A DNA stretch of 64,000 nucleotides from Pseudomonadota bacterium (GTDB taxonomy: Bacteria; Bdellovibrionota; Bdellovibrionia; Bdellovibrionales; Bdellovibrionaceae): positions 64,001 to 128,000 of the forward strand of contig JBEGVH010000040.1 in the NCBI GenBank assembly GCA_041178425.1, read 5' to 3'. The translations under genes and the position numbers were made by a program. Shown here one piece after another: positions 36,844-46,821 of the stretch (positions are counted from its first letter, which is position 1; every line of letters begins with the position of its first letter). The notes under the pieces were generated by a model that made no database searches, had not been told where the DNA came from, and saw only the letters and a program-made list of their open reading frames with translations.

Positions 36844-37555
36844 GTTTTGCTGAAGAATTCTTATTTAGTTGTGCCTGTTGATAAACGTGAACAGCAAGGG
36901 GAGGCGCTACCCAGCGCCTGACAAAGTATCGGGGGGCCATAAGGCCTATCGAGCAGCCCATGGAGGCTAGGCCCGGAGCCAGAACATTACAGGCAATATA
37001 GGCGCTCCAATAGAAGGAGGCCGTGGCAAATGGTACGAAATGCTTTTTATATTCTTTTTTGTCCCAAGTCTCATGGGTGATGGGGTCGCCATTGGGATAG
37101 TACGTGACAACATAGCCGTAGTTAAAGGCTTTAATGTCGTCGAGATGAAAAAATTCACAAAATGGTTTCGTAAGAAGTCGCTCGAGTTCCTCATAGAAAG
37201 CGCCGAGCCATTCGCAAACGGGGCGGTGATCGCCAAGATCCAATAAGCCCACTGGGCCCATTGCCAACTTCTGGGCGTAAAAATTCCATTCGGTCTCTCG
37301 TTGCGTAGCGATGTCGTGGTATCCTTTTTCTCTTAGGCTCTTCAAAGCAAAGTTCATGACTGCGGAAAACGAACTCAACCAAACCTTTTGAGCGTCTCCA
37401 TGACGAATGGCTCTTATTGCCTGCATTCCATGGGGAAAGAATTTTCTCGCTTCATGGCTTTGACTCATGATCGTTAGAGATTCCTCCGAAGAGGCTAGGG
37501 CCGTTGTTGAAAATAGCAATTGCATTGTAAGAAACAGGGCAGACAGTCGTTTCAT
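36758..37555 (-). CDS. Secreted hypothetical protein
   Basis: AGGAG SD then MKRLSALFLTMQLLFSTTALA signal peptide. The 3' end overlaps the convergent gene by 86 nt. Confidence 0.7.
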   Translation of the reverse strand: MKRLSALFLTMQLLFSTTALASSEESLTIMSQSHEARKFFPHGMQAIRAIRHGDAQKVWLSSFSAVMNFALKSLREKGYHDIATQRETEWNFYAQKLAMGPVGLLDLGDHRPVCEWLGAFYEELERLLTKPFCEFFHLDDIKAFNYGYVVTYYPNGDPITHETWDKKEYKKHFVPFATASFYWSAYIACNVLAPGLASMGCSIGLMAPRYFVRRWVAPPLAVHVYQQAQLNKNSSAKLNNTQRHHSLETLPPNEPPPQNHLGQNN

Positions 37556-37751
37556 GGTCAGGCTCCTTTTTTGGCCAGAGCGAATTTGAAATAATATTGA
37601 AGAGTAATTTGTTCCGAAATTCAAAAATAAATAGAAAGTATTTAATTATGACCAGACTTAAAAAGGGAGGACCTCGCCTTAAAACGGTTAAGATAGGGGT
37701 TTTTTGATAAAAGTCCTGGATTGAAGATGGGATCTGATGCAGCATTGAATT

Positions 37752-38585
37752 ATGTCTTTATTGATTCAGTGGTTATTTTTCATTCAGGCCTGTTGGGCGG
37801 TTCAGATCGCACAACAATCTCCCGACGTTGTTGCGCAAGAAGAAAAATCGGGCGCAAAGATTTTTTCGGTCAAAGAGGGCGGACTAAAATTTCAAGAGGG
37901 TAACGTTAAATTTGACCTTTTTCCTAACAGTGAAGCGAGAGACGAAGACGGGCATATTACTCTGGCAAAAGGAAGTCTGAGAGTGCGGGGCTCTGATTTT
38001 ACGGCCCTCAAAGTGGAAACGCCGGTTGCAAGGGTCACCCTGACCGGAAGTGACTTTCTTATTGAATACATTTTCGACCGGGCGACCATGCAGGTCACTG
38101 TTCTTGAGGGTAGTGCTCTCCTTCAAGGTCATTATCGCGACGACATTTTGAACATTCAGGTGGGTGAAAAGGGCGAGTTTGTTGGTGTGCCAGAAGCCGA
38201 TGGGCCCGCCTTTGATATTCTCTTAAAAGGACGCAAGGCTATTCGTGGACATTTAAAAGGCCCCGAGACGATGACTGCAGAAGTCCTGTCGAGTCTCCGT
38301 TCCAAGTACGAAATTGCCCAGCGCAAGGCCGAGAAAAAAGTAGTACCGAGGCCCAAGCCGGGCCAAATCTGTGTGTCTCCTTTTGCCAAATACAATGAAT
38401 GCCTTTGGGTCTGTAAGAACAATCCCTCCGGTAAAAAAGAGTGTCAGGTTCAAAGTCCAAGGGTTGAGTGTATCCGTGAGAAATGTCTCGCCAACGGCCA
38501 GTGGGGTGATCGAAAAGCCCTCAAAGGAGCCGCTAAAATGTCTTGCAAAACGGCCGTTCAAAAATTGGGTCCTTGCGACTACTAG
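37752..38585 (+). CDS. FecR-domain protein with a Cys-rich C-terminal domain
   Basis: ITLAKGSL, VETPVARVTLTGSDF and QVTVLEGS; eight Cys in the last ~75 aa. Confidence 0.75.
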   Translation: MSLLIQWLFFIQACWAVQIAQQSPDVVAQEEKSGAKIFSVKEGGLKFQEGNVKFDLFPNSEARDEDGHITLAKGSLRVRGSDFTALKVETPVARVTLTGSDFLIEYIFDRATMQVTVLEGSALLQGHYRDDILNIQVGEKGEFVGVPEADGPAFDILLKGRKAIRGHLKGPETMTAEVLSSLRSKYEIAQRKAEKKVVPRPKPGQICVSPFAKYNECLWVCKNNPSGKKECQVQSPRVECIREKCLANGQWGDRKALKGAAKMSCKTAVQKLGPCDY

Positions 38586-38675
38586 CGATGGAATCCTATA
38601 AAAAACCAAAGACTCGTCTAGACCTCTAACGGGGGCCAGGTTGTCATTGTTTATTCGCTCGGGCACAATGAGGGT

Positions 38676-39818
38676 GTGAGATTACTATCGTTGATACTTT
38701 CGTTCATTTTTACTTTGAATCAAACGCTAGCGGTGGCAGCTCCTCCTAAGCCACCCATCGAATTTCGTTTGGCTTTTGAAAATAAGATTCAAGAGGGTAT
38801 GGCCGTCTGGAATCGTGTATCGAGTTACGAACAGTTGATTAAAGAGCTTCCGATCATGCCGGAAGAGAAAAAACAAATGAAGAGTCTTTTGAAAGCACAG
38901 GGACTCCTAAAAATGAAGCCGGTGCCAGCGGAATTCATTCCCCAGCAAAGAAAGTTTGTTATGCATTTCTCTAAGGGCGATGAATCGATTATTCTGCTTT
39001 CAATGGCCCCGACGGTGATTGCTTTTAATGGTGAATCTATTATTGAAGTGTTTCCGAAGAGTTCGATTCTTGATATTGTAAAACCTAAAAAAAATAAATC
39101 AATTAAAAAACCGGTGAAGGGAGCGTTCCTCTGGTGGACACTTGTTGTTCCCGAAGCCCAGGCGCAACTCTATACCAACGAACAAATCATCGCGATGGAG
39201 CAGCAGAATCAACAGCTGGCTCAACAGCAAACCAGTTTAGCAAAAAACATTCTTTTGGCTGCTGGTCTCGCCTTTGGTGGCTTTCTGCTTGGTGCTTGGT
39301 TATGGGGACGCTATGCTCATCACCTCAATCCCAACTGGGGGCTCGAAGCCAAAAGCCGAGAGCGAGAAGACTGGCAACAATTCAATCGCAACAAACAGCA
39401 ATTAACCCAGCAGTACCCAGAGTTAGAGAGAGTTCTATTTCAAGACACTGCGAAGTTGAGGTTTTTTAAATGCGCTGAAACGCCAGCGGAAGGAAAGGCG
39501 AGTCGGCCTTCACCCGTTGAAAAGCTCAGTTTTATCTCTGGAGACCTAAAAGAAAAAAACTTTGATTTTATGTCTAAACCCGAAGAGTTGAACAAGTCGA
39601 TTCAAGCTAAAGATGAGTATTCGGAAAAAATAGACAAAGTTAATTTTTGTTGTATGACTCCACCCTGCGGCCAGTGGCTGGCAGAGCAACTCATTTCAAG
39701 ACCTCCTCCTAATCCAGAAGGTCCGGCCGAGTCCGTGCCGAGCTCAGAGGCATCTTCACAAAAAGAGTCTCCCCCTATAACTTTTGAATCTTCTGAATCG
39801 TCTCCAGGGAATAAATAA
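38676..39818 (+). CDS. Hypothetical exported protein with an internal transmembrane segment
   Basis: Signal peptide, TM ILLAAGLAFGGFLLGAWLW and a Pro/Ser-rich tail. Confidence 0.7.
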   Translation: MRLLSLILSFIFTLNQTLAVAAPPKPPIEFRLAFENKIQEGMAVWNRVSSYEQLIKELPIMPEEKKQMKSLLKAQGLLKMKPVPAEFIPQQRKFVMHFSKGDESIILLSMAPTVIAFNGESIIEVFPKSSILDIVKPKKNKSIKKPVKGAFLWWTLVVPEAQAQLYTNEQIIAMEQQNQQLAQQQTSLAKNILLAAGLAFGGFLLGAWLWGRYAHHLNPNWGLEAKSREREDWQQFNRNKQQLTQQYPELERVLFQDTAKLRFFKCAETPAEGKASRPSPVEKLSFISGDLKEKNFDFMSKPEELNKSIQAKDEYSEKIDKVNFCCMTPPCGQWLAEQLISRPPPNPEGPAESVPSSEASSQKESPPITFESSESSPGNK

Positions 39819-39842
39819 AGTACTCATAGGTTTGATAACGCC

Positions 39843-40346
39843 TTAGTAAATTTGAAAAGGGGCATCCCCCTGATTTTTCTTCTCCTTGATTTTTAAGGGA
39901 GCTTCGATCATGAGGTTGGGGAGAAGAAGTGTTAGTTCACTTAAAAAGGTTTCAAGAAAATCTGCCATAGGTTTTTTTGTTGAATTAAAGTCGACGAGAT
40001 GGAGTTGAGAGCAAGTTGTCATAGCCGAAATCGCGACCGCATCTACAAAAACACTGGGATCACGTTGGTCACAGATCCTAACACTGATATAATCTTCAAT
40101 CGCCCCTTTGCCGCAGCAAACGAAAAATCTTAGATTAAAAGGATTAAGATTGTGATTTAAAATAAAGGCCATTGACTCAGTTGAAACGAGGTCGCCACTG
40201 TCTTCCTCCAATGGAGGCTCTGCGGCGATTGAAAAGCCAAGAGGCAAAAGATGGTCTTTGGAATAGGTTAAAATTCGGTTCATCGAGGCATTCAAGATCA
40301 CTGCGTCCATTCTTTCATGTTCTGATGGCACAAAGGCGATAGGCAA
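39843..40346 (-). CDS. Hypothetical protein
   Basis: 167-aa ORF filling the gap between neighbouring genes; no motif. Confidence 0.5.
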   Translation of the reverse strand: MPIAFVPSEHERMDAVILNASMNRILTYSKDHLLPLGFSIAAEPPLEEDSGDLVSTESMAFILNHNLNPFNLRFFVCCGKGAIEDYISVRICDQRDPSVFVDAVAISAMTTCSQLHLVDFNSTKKPMADFLETFLSELTLLLPNLMIEAPLKIKEKKNQGDAPFQIY

Positions 40347-40485
40347 GAAGAACTCTCTCTAGGAATGAAAAATCTTTTTAGAGCCCTCCTTTGGCGGCCT
40401 TTAAAACCATTATAAGAGAACTCCCTCGGGTGCCGAGGGGATTGGCATTGACTCGGCCCGCGAGGCTCTGTTAGCTCAAAATCCT

Positions 40486-42366
40486 ATGAGCATTGAATTA
40501 TTGCCCTCAGACGTTGTTGATCAAATTGCTGCTGGAGAAGTGGTTGAGCGTCCAGCTCACATGGTAAAAGAAATTCTCGAAAATAGCCTTGATGCCGGAG
40601 CCACGGAGGTAGCCGTTGAGTTCGCCCAAGGGGGGCGATTCGTTAAGGTCACTGATAATGGATCTGGAATTGCTATAGAGGATTTGCCCAAGGCTTTTAT
40701 GCGATTCGCGACGAGTAAAATTCGCGAATCCGAAGATCTATGGCGACTCGCTAGTTTTGGATTTCGGGGAGAAGCACTGGCTTCTATTGCGTCTGTGAGC
40801 AAGGTGACTCTTTTTTCTTCGAACAATAATTCCGGACAAGGCTATCGACTCACCAATCACTTCGGCAAGCTGTCTGTGGTTGAACCGGTGAGTCGTTCAC
40901 GAGGTTGTACTGTGCTCATTGAGGAGCTCTTTCAAAATGTGCCTGCGCGATTAAAATTTATGAAAGGGGATGCCGCCGAATCCGGTCAAATAAAGCAAGT
41001 CATCAAGGCTCTCGCCATGGCGAATCCGTCGGTGGAATTCCGAGTCACACAAGATGGCAAGTTACTTTACTATTGGCCTGCAACCAATGATCACAAGAGT
41101 CGTATTGAGTCTGTTCTCGAAATAAAGCCCCTGTATGAGGGAATCGCTGTTCGAGGGCGCGTCACTGCAAGGGCTTTTTTTAGTGATCCTCATCAAGTAA
41201 GTCGAGTCTCGAAGAGTCTTTGGTTCTTTGCGCAAAACAGATATGTGCAAGATCGTTCACTTCAGGCCGCTGTGATGGAAGCCTATCGTCACTTATTGAT
41301 GCACGGAGAGTATCCGTACGCTGTTTGTTTTTTGGAGACCGACCCCTCCGAAATCGATGTGAATATTCATCCTACTAAGTCGCAAGTAAAATTTGTTAAT
41401 GCTCAGGAGGCCTTTAGAGCGGTTCAAGCCTCTATTCGCGACGTGCTAGCCACGGCTCCGTGGTTGCAACAAAATCCTGAAACCTCTATTGGGGTGGCTT
41501 ACAAAGAGGTTGCGAGCAAAATTGAAGGAAGGGCGGAAATCGTTGCCAAAAATTTAGAGTTCTCAGATACGGCCTTTCAAACGACTCAGTATCGCCAAAA
41601 GAGGGAAACGATCTCATCGACATCGGAGGCATCGTCGGTGCTTACTCTGAGCGATCTTGAGGCTCTGGGCTCATCGAGAGACTTCAGCTTTGTTGCAAAA
41701 GAACAAAAATCAAAAATCGCCGAGACAACGATTGTGGTCAATACGGGTTCTGAGGTGAGCAGAGTAACGCCCCTTGTGAGACACTGGAGCCTCTTGCAGG
41801 TGGTCGGGCAAGTAGGGCTCACCTATGTAGTTTGTCAGAGCGAAAAAGGATTAGTGCTAATTGATCAGCACGCAGCTCACGAGAGAGTGGCCTTTGAAAG
41901 ACTCATGAATGCTTGGCGTGGAGGGAAGATCGAGGTGCAAAACTTTTTGTTTCCTCTCTCCGTTGATTTAAGCGAAGAAAAAATGGAAGTTTTGCGTACA
42001 AGAATGTCAGAGTTTTCAAAACTTGGCATCGATCTCGAAGAGCTAGGGCCTTCCACTATGGGAATAAAGTCGGCACCGGCTCTTTTAAAAGATCGCGTTC
42101 TTGTCGAAGAAATGGAACGAATTGCAACGGCGATGCTCGAATGGGGTGATTCCGATTTGATGGAAAATGCTATCGGCGATGTCTGTGCGAGAATGGCCTG
42201 TCATTCGGTTCTGAGAGCTGGTCAGAGTTTATCAATGCCTGAAATGGTTCGATTGTTAGAAGAGATGGACGAACATCCGCTCTCTTCTTTTTGTCCGCAC
42301 GGTCGACCTGTCAGTGTGACTTACTCTTGGCCTGAGTTAGAAAAAGATTTTGGAAGAAGGGTTTAA
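40486..42366 (+). CDS. mutL: DNA mismatch repair protein MutL
   Basis: QIAAGEVVERP, GFRGEALASI, DVNIHPTK, DQHAAHER endonuclease motif and CPHGRP. Confidence 0.97.
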   Translation: MSIELLPSDVVDQIAAGEVVERPAHMVKEILENSLDAGATEVAVEFAQGGRFVKVTDNGSGIAIEDLPKAFMRFATSKIRESEDLWRLASFGFRGEALASIASVSKVTLFSSNNNSGQGYRLTNHFGKLSVVEPVSRSRGCTVLIEELFQNVPARLKFMKGDAAESGQIKQVIKALAMANPSVEFRVTQDGKLLYYWPATNDHKSRIESVLEIKPLYEGIAVRGRVTARAFFSDPHQVSRVSKSLWFFAQNRYVQDRSLQAAVMEAYRHLLMHGEYPYAVCFLETDPSEIDVNIHPTKSQVKFVNAQEAFRAVQASIRDVLATAPWLQQNPETSIGVAYKEVASKIEGRAEIVAKNLEFSDTAFQTTQYRQKRETISSTSEASSVLTLSDLEALGSSRDFSFVAKEQKSKIAETTIVVNTGSEVSRVTPLVRHWSLLQVVGQVGLTYVVCQSEKGLVLIDQHAAHERVAFERLMNAWRGGKIEVQNFLFPLSVDLSEEKMEVLRTRMSEFSKLGIDLEELGPSTMGIKSAPALLKDRVLVEEMERIATAMLEWGDSDLMENAIGDVCARMACHSVLRAGQSLSMPEMVRLLEEMDEHPLSSFCPHGRPVSVTYSWPELEKDFGRRV

Positions 42367-42368
42367 CA

Positions 42369-43247
42369 ATGAAGGTGACCTTTGTTGTTGGAGCTACGGC
42401 TTCTGGTAAATCAGAATGGGCCATCAAGAGAGCAGAAGCCTGTGGCGGTGTTATCGTGAATTGTGACAGCGTGCAAATTTACACTCACGTGCAAATTGGT
42501 GCGGCTAAACCCACGGCCAGCGATAGGCATCGCTGTGCTCATTATCTTTTTGATTTTGTTCAGCCCCCGAATGAATACACGGCCGGAGATTATCAGCGCG
42601 ATTTTTTTGCATTAATGCCCCAGCTAGAAAAGCAGGGGGCGGATCAGGTCTTCGTGGTTGGTGGTACAGGCTTTTATTTTCAAGCGCTCGAAAAAGGAAT
42701 GTACTCGGTAGACAAGGCCCCTGAGGAATTGGCGCAGGAGTTGCGCGAAAAAGCCGGCACCTCGGATGGGCTATCCGAACTCTACCAAGAATTGCAGAGC
42801 TTTGATCCTGCAAGTTCCGAAAAAATCCATGCCAATGATCAGTATAGAATTGTGAGAGCGCTCGAAATCATCCGCACAACAGGGCGTAAACCGAGCGATC
42901 TAAAAAAAGAGAAAGCAGCACAGGTCTCGAGTTTTCCCTATGCGCTTGAAAAAGTAGGAATTCATTGGGAAAGAGGGGAACTGCACCAGCGTATTCATCG
43001 AAGAGTAAAGACTATGCTGGAGGAAGGCCTCATTGAAGAAGTGAAAGAGCTCAATAAATTGGGTTTATCAACCTGGGCACCAATGAGTAGCGTCGGTTAT
43101 AAAGAAGTACAGAGCTTCTTAAAGGGTGAAATAAAAACCATGGCCTCTTTGGAGGAAAGTATTCTTATCAGCACAAGACAGCTCGCTAAACGCCAAATCA
43201 CTTGGTTTAGAAGAGATCCTCAAATTCAGTGGATCACTGTCTCATAG
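42369..43247 (+). CDS. miaA: tRNA dimethylallyltransferase
   Basis: GATASGKS, DSVQIY, VGGTGFY, RIVRALEI and AKRQITWFR; follows mutL. Confidence 0.96.
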   Translation: MKVTFVVGATASGKSEWAIKRAEACGGVIVNCDSVQIYTHVQIGAAKPTASDRHRCAHYLFDFVQPPNEYTAGDYQRDFFALMPQLEKQGADQVFVVGGTGFYFQALEKGMYSVDKAPEELAQELREKAGTSDGLSELYQELQSFDPASSEKIHANDQYRIVRALEIIRTTGRKPSDLKKEKAAQVSSFPYALEKVGIHWERGELHQRIHRRVKTMLEEGLIEEVKELNKLGLSTWAPMSSVGYKEVQSFLKGEIKTMASLEESILISTRQLAKRQITWFRRDPQIQWITVS

Positions 43248-43433
43248 AACGCCTCAGAGTGAGACGAGGAGAAGGCCTCTGTTTGAAAGATGACCACCTC
43301 AGAAGCGATATAAATCATAATACAGCTCCAGCTCGTTGACCTTTTAGACAGTTGTAAAACAGTGGAATCAAACTTTTGTTTTCGTAGCGAAGGTTCACAA
43401 AATCCCCTATCCTAATAGAAACCGGGGGACACC

Positions 43434-43910
43434 ATGCAAAAGGTTAAATTAGCCAGTATCGGTACATCCTTAATGTTACTTTTATTGAGCTTTCAAAATT
43501 GCTCTAATCGCAACTTTCAAAGCGGCAATTTTTCCACTCCTGAAAAGCGCAAGGAGTCCCTTAAATCGATTGAAACGCTCGATCAACAGATTGGTCGCCT
43601 CATCGCTGATAAGAGTTGTAAGGTGAACGATGATTGTGAGGCCTTTGGGTACGGCGCCAAGGCCTGTGGTGGTCCAGAGAAGTATCTTGTTTACTCGACG
43701 TATACGACGGATCCACAAGAGCTCGGTCCGCTTGTTCAGCAATTTAATCAGCTCTCGAACGAAAAAAATCTGTCTTCGGGCGCCGTGAGTACCTGCGAGT
43801 ACAGAGAAATGCCGCCCGTTGCCTGCATCTCTAATCAATGCTCAGAGAATCTTCCTGTGAGCATCAATAAAACAGCGGCCTTGCCGGGAGAAGACTCTTC
43901 GGTCCATTAA
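43434..43910 (+). CDS. Cys-rich lipoprotein
   Basis: SFQNC lipobox variant and SC..DDC...GAKACGGPEKYLVYS. Confidence 0.75.
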   Translation: MQKVKLASIGTSLMLLLLSFQNCSNRNFQSGNFSTPEKRKESLKSIETLDQQIGRLIADKSCKVNDDCEAFGYGAKACGGPEKYLVYSTYTTDPQELGPLVQQFNQLSNEKNLSSGAVSTCEYREMPPVACISNQCSENLPVSINKTAALPGEDSSVH

Positions 43911-44932
43911 GTGGTGCTAGTTCTTTCTTGTAATGAAGAATAGAGTGAAAGCCCAATAAAAGCAGCCCCGATAATTCCTGTAACCACTTCTGGAATGGGA
44001 ACAACCGTGTTTAAAAACATAATAACGGCCAATGCAAGAATGGCGTAAAAAGCCCCATGCTCGAGATATCTAAACTCTGTCAGTGTGTCTTTTTCAACAA
44101 AAAGGATCGTTAGGCTTCGCACAAACATAGCGCCAATGCCCAGACCAATCGCGATGATAAAGAGATTGTTTGATATGGCAAAGGAGCCAATCACGCCGTC
44201 AAAACTAAACGAAGCGTCTAAGACTTCGAGGTAGAGAAACATCATCGCACTCGCGCGATGCACGTTTTGCTCGGCATCTTCGGAGAGACTCAGAAAGGCA
44301 CCAATACCATCGACACCGATATAGGTAATCACACCAAAGAGCCCTGCCAGAAGAAACGACATCTTTTCATGCTCGGGGATCCATCGAGCCATGAGCGCGA
44401 GACCTAATGTTACGAGGGCTATCTCAATGGATTCCATTTTTCCCAATTTTGATAACGGCCGTTCGATTAACCGAATCCAATGGACTTCTTTTGAGGTATC
44501 AAAAAAGTATTTTAAGGCGACCATCATGAGAAAGGCTCCACCGAAGGCCGACACTGGTACGTGCGCCGTCAGCATCGTTTTGGAGTATTCATCGGGGCTC
44601 AGGGCTGCCAGTTTGAGGGCTTCCCAAGGACTAATCGATGTTGCCACGCTCACGACGATGAGTGGAAAAACAAGTCGCATTCCAAAGACGGCAATAAGCA
44701 TTCCCCAGGTAATAAATCGGTGTTGCCAGAGGGGGGTCATCTTCTTTAGAACGGTAGCATTGACAACGGCATTATCAAAAGAAATCGAGACCTCGAGGAT
44801 CGAAAGAACAAAAGCCAAAAAAAGCGCTTCGAGAGCTCCTTGTGTTGAGTGCTGATACTCCCAGCCTACAAAGGCGGCGAGTGCTAAACCAATCACTGTA
44901 ACCCAAATCGAACTATTGAAATAGCGAATCAT
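43907..44932 (-). CDS. DUF475 / TerC-family membrane protein
   Basis: LEVSISFDNAVVNA, YLEVLDASFSFDGVIG and YLEHGAFYAI. Confidence 0.9.
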   Translation of the reverse strand: MIRYFNSSIWVTVIGLALAAFVGWEYQHSTQGALEALFLAFVLSILEVSISFDNAVVNATVLKKMTPLWQHRFITWGMLIAVFGMRLVFPLIVVSVATSISPWEALKLAALSPDEYSKTMLTAHVPVSAFGGAFLMMVALKYFFDTSKEVHWIRLIERPLSKLGKMESIEIALVTLGLALMARWIPEHEKMSFLLAGLFGVITYIGVDGIGAFLSLSEDAEQNVHRASAMMFLYLEVLDASFSFDGVIGSFAISNNLFIIAIGLGIGAMFVRSLTILFVEKDTLTEFRYLEHGAFYAILALAVIMFLNTVVPIPEVVTGIIGAAFIGLSLYSSLQERTSTT

Positions 44933-46821
44933 TAAACGATAACCTCACTTTTATGGTGATCAATAAATTGAGGAAGCACTTCGTTGGGTGTTCCTAACAT
45001 TTTAATCTCACCGTTGTGGAGCCAAAGAATTCTGTCACAATGTTCCAGAGTTGATAGTCGATGTGCAATGATCAATTGCGTGCGTTGTGCAAAAAACTTT
45101 TCAGTGGCAGTGAGCATAATTTGCTCACTTTGTGGATCGACCGCAGAGGTGGCTTCGTCCATAACGATAATGGGAGCGTTTTGAACCAAGCTTCGTGCCA
45201 TGCAGATAAGCTGCCTCTCACCTTGGCTGAGATTTTTACCCCGCTCTTCAATTCGATAGTCTAAGCCATCGGGTAGAGCTGAATACCACGGCATTAGCCC
45301 GACCGATTCGATAGGAGAGAGGAGTGTCTGATCAGAAGGAGATCCTTGCATTTGCAGGTTCTCCCTCAATGAACCTCTAAATAAAACTGGATCTTGGGGG
45401 ATCAAGGTGATGAGTTGTCGATAGTCAGTCAAATTGAGTTGATTAGGTTTGGGGGGCGAAGAGGCGTCGAGATAAGGACTCTGGCCATCAATTGAAATTG
45501 AGCCCTCTGTTAACGGGTAAAGATAAAAGAGGATCTGAATGAGGCTAGACTTTCCACTTCCTGTTTTGCCTACAATACCGAGTCGTTCTCCCGCACGAAC
45601 GGAGAGATTAATGTTTTTCAACACCCAAGGGAGGTCATCTCGATAACGAAAAGAAACATTTTTAAATTCAATTGTTGCTGAGGCCTTGCTTGAGGTGCTT
45701 TCGTCATTTCGGCAGGGAGGTGGACTTTTTGCGCTCCAGTGCGGGGTTGGAAAATCAGCTGAGGCGGGTAGCCGCTCGCCGATCTCAATCGGAAGATGTA
45801 AATATTGATCGAGTCTTTCTGCGCCCACGAGAGCCTCATCGAGTTGGGCCAACCATTCAAAAAAAGTCTGAACGCTATTTCCTGATAAGGTAATAAAAGT
45901 GAAGGCAACACCAATGTCACCCACACTCACTAATTGATGTTGCAGAAGCTCAAATGAAGTCCATCCCGTGATCAAAAGAAGCAATGCCGTGAGGGAGTTG
46001 ATTTGAAGTGAGAAAAAAGTCAGTTTCTTGAAAGTTTTCATCCTCTGATCAAGAAACAAATCGTTGAGGTGTTGAAACTTTTGCATAAACACAGACTGAC
46101 GGAGGTAGGTTCGGATCGTTGAGGCTCCTTGGGCGGTTTCTGCAAAATGCGCAATCGAGGGCGCTCGATTGAGAGAGAGCTCTCTTCGCTCCTTTCTCAT
46201 TCCCTCGCGATGAGAGCGATACACAAAAAAATTGCAGGCGATGATAGCGATAACGAGAAAAAGGTAATAAGGGCTAGCCACCGTGATTAAGACGACCATG
46301 ACAATAAGATCAAAAATAATCGCAATAAATTCTGCGAGTGGGCCTCCGAAGAGTCTGAACACGTTGCCGTAGTCACTTGAAAAGCGAGTGATAATGCGAC
46401 CGGCAGGTGTGGTGTCAAAAAAGGAAAGTGGAAAACGTGAGGTGCGATAGGTCACCTCATCATAGAGGCGACTAATGGCCACGGCCGAGTACCGACTAAA
46501 GCCAATCCGAAAGAGAAGCGTGAGAAAAAAACCAAACAAGCAAAGGTAAAGAATATTTTCGATATAGTCACTCGGGTTCCAGTTTTGTAACCAAGCCGGA
46601 AGTGGGCGACAGTGATCCATTTTACAAAAAGAATCGACCCAGTACCCAAAGAGGTTTGTATTGAGCAGCAGACTGAGGCGACCTAAGAAACCTAAAAGGA
46701 AAAGCCCGTAAAGGGGGGTGAGAACGGGTTGATAGGCGAGCCGAAGAGTTTTAAAGAGGCTTCGTTGGTAAGTTCCCTGAAAACGGGTTTCTTCTTGTTG
46801 AAAATTAATTTTCGACTTCAT
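44932..46821 (-). CDS. ABC exporter half (TMD+NBD) resembling the C-terminal half of ABCC/MRP
   Basis: FFDTTPAGRIITRFSSD, GKTGSGKS, IPQDPVLF, LSQGERQL, DEATSAVD and IAHRL. Confidence 0.9.
   Translation of the reverse strand: MKSKINFQQEETRFQGTYQRSLFKTLRLAYQPVLTPLYGLFLLGFLGRLSLLLNTNLFGYWVDSFCKMDHCRPLPAWLQNWNPSDYIENILYLCLFGFFLTLLFRIGFSRYSAVAISRLYDEVTYRTSRFPLSFFDTTPAGRIITRFSSDYGNVFRLFGGPLAEFIAIIFDLIVMVVLITVASPYYLFLVIAIIACNFFVYRSHREGMRKERRELSLNRAPSIAHFAETAQGASTIRTYLRQSVFMQKFQHLNDLFLDQRMKTFKKLTFFSLQINSLTALLLLITGWTSFELLQHQLVSVGDIGVAFTFITLSGNSVQTFFEWLAQLDEALVGAERLDQYLHLPIEIGERLPASADFPTPHWSAKSPPPCRNDESTSSKASATIEFKNVSFRYRDDLPWVLKNINLSVRAGERLGIVGKTGSGKSSLIQILFYLYPLTEGSISIDGQSPYLDASSPPKPNQLNLTDYRQLITLIPQDPVLFRGSLRENLQMQGSPSDQTLLSPIESVGLMPWYSALPDGLDYRIEERGKNLSQGERQLICMARSLVQNAPIIVMDEATSAVDPQSEQIMLTATEKFFAQRTQLIIAHRLSTLEHCDRILWLHNGEIKMLGTPNEVLPQFIDHHKSEVIV

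Noticed and set aside
40486..43247. mutL-miaA adjacency as a novelty
   Set aside because: This is a widely conserved gene order.
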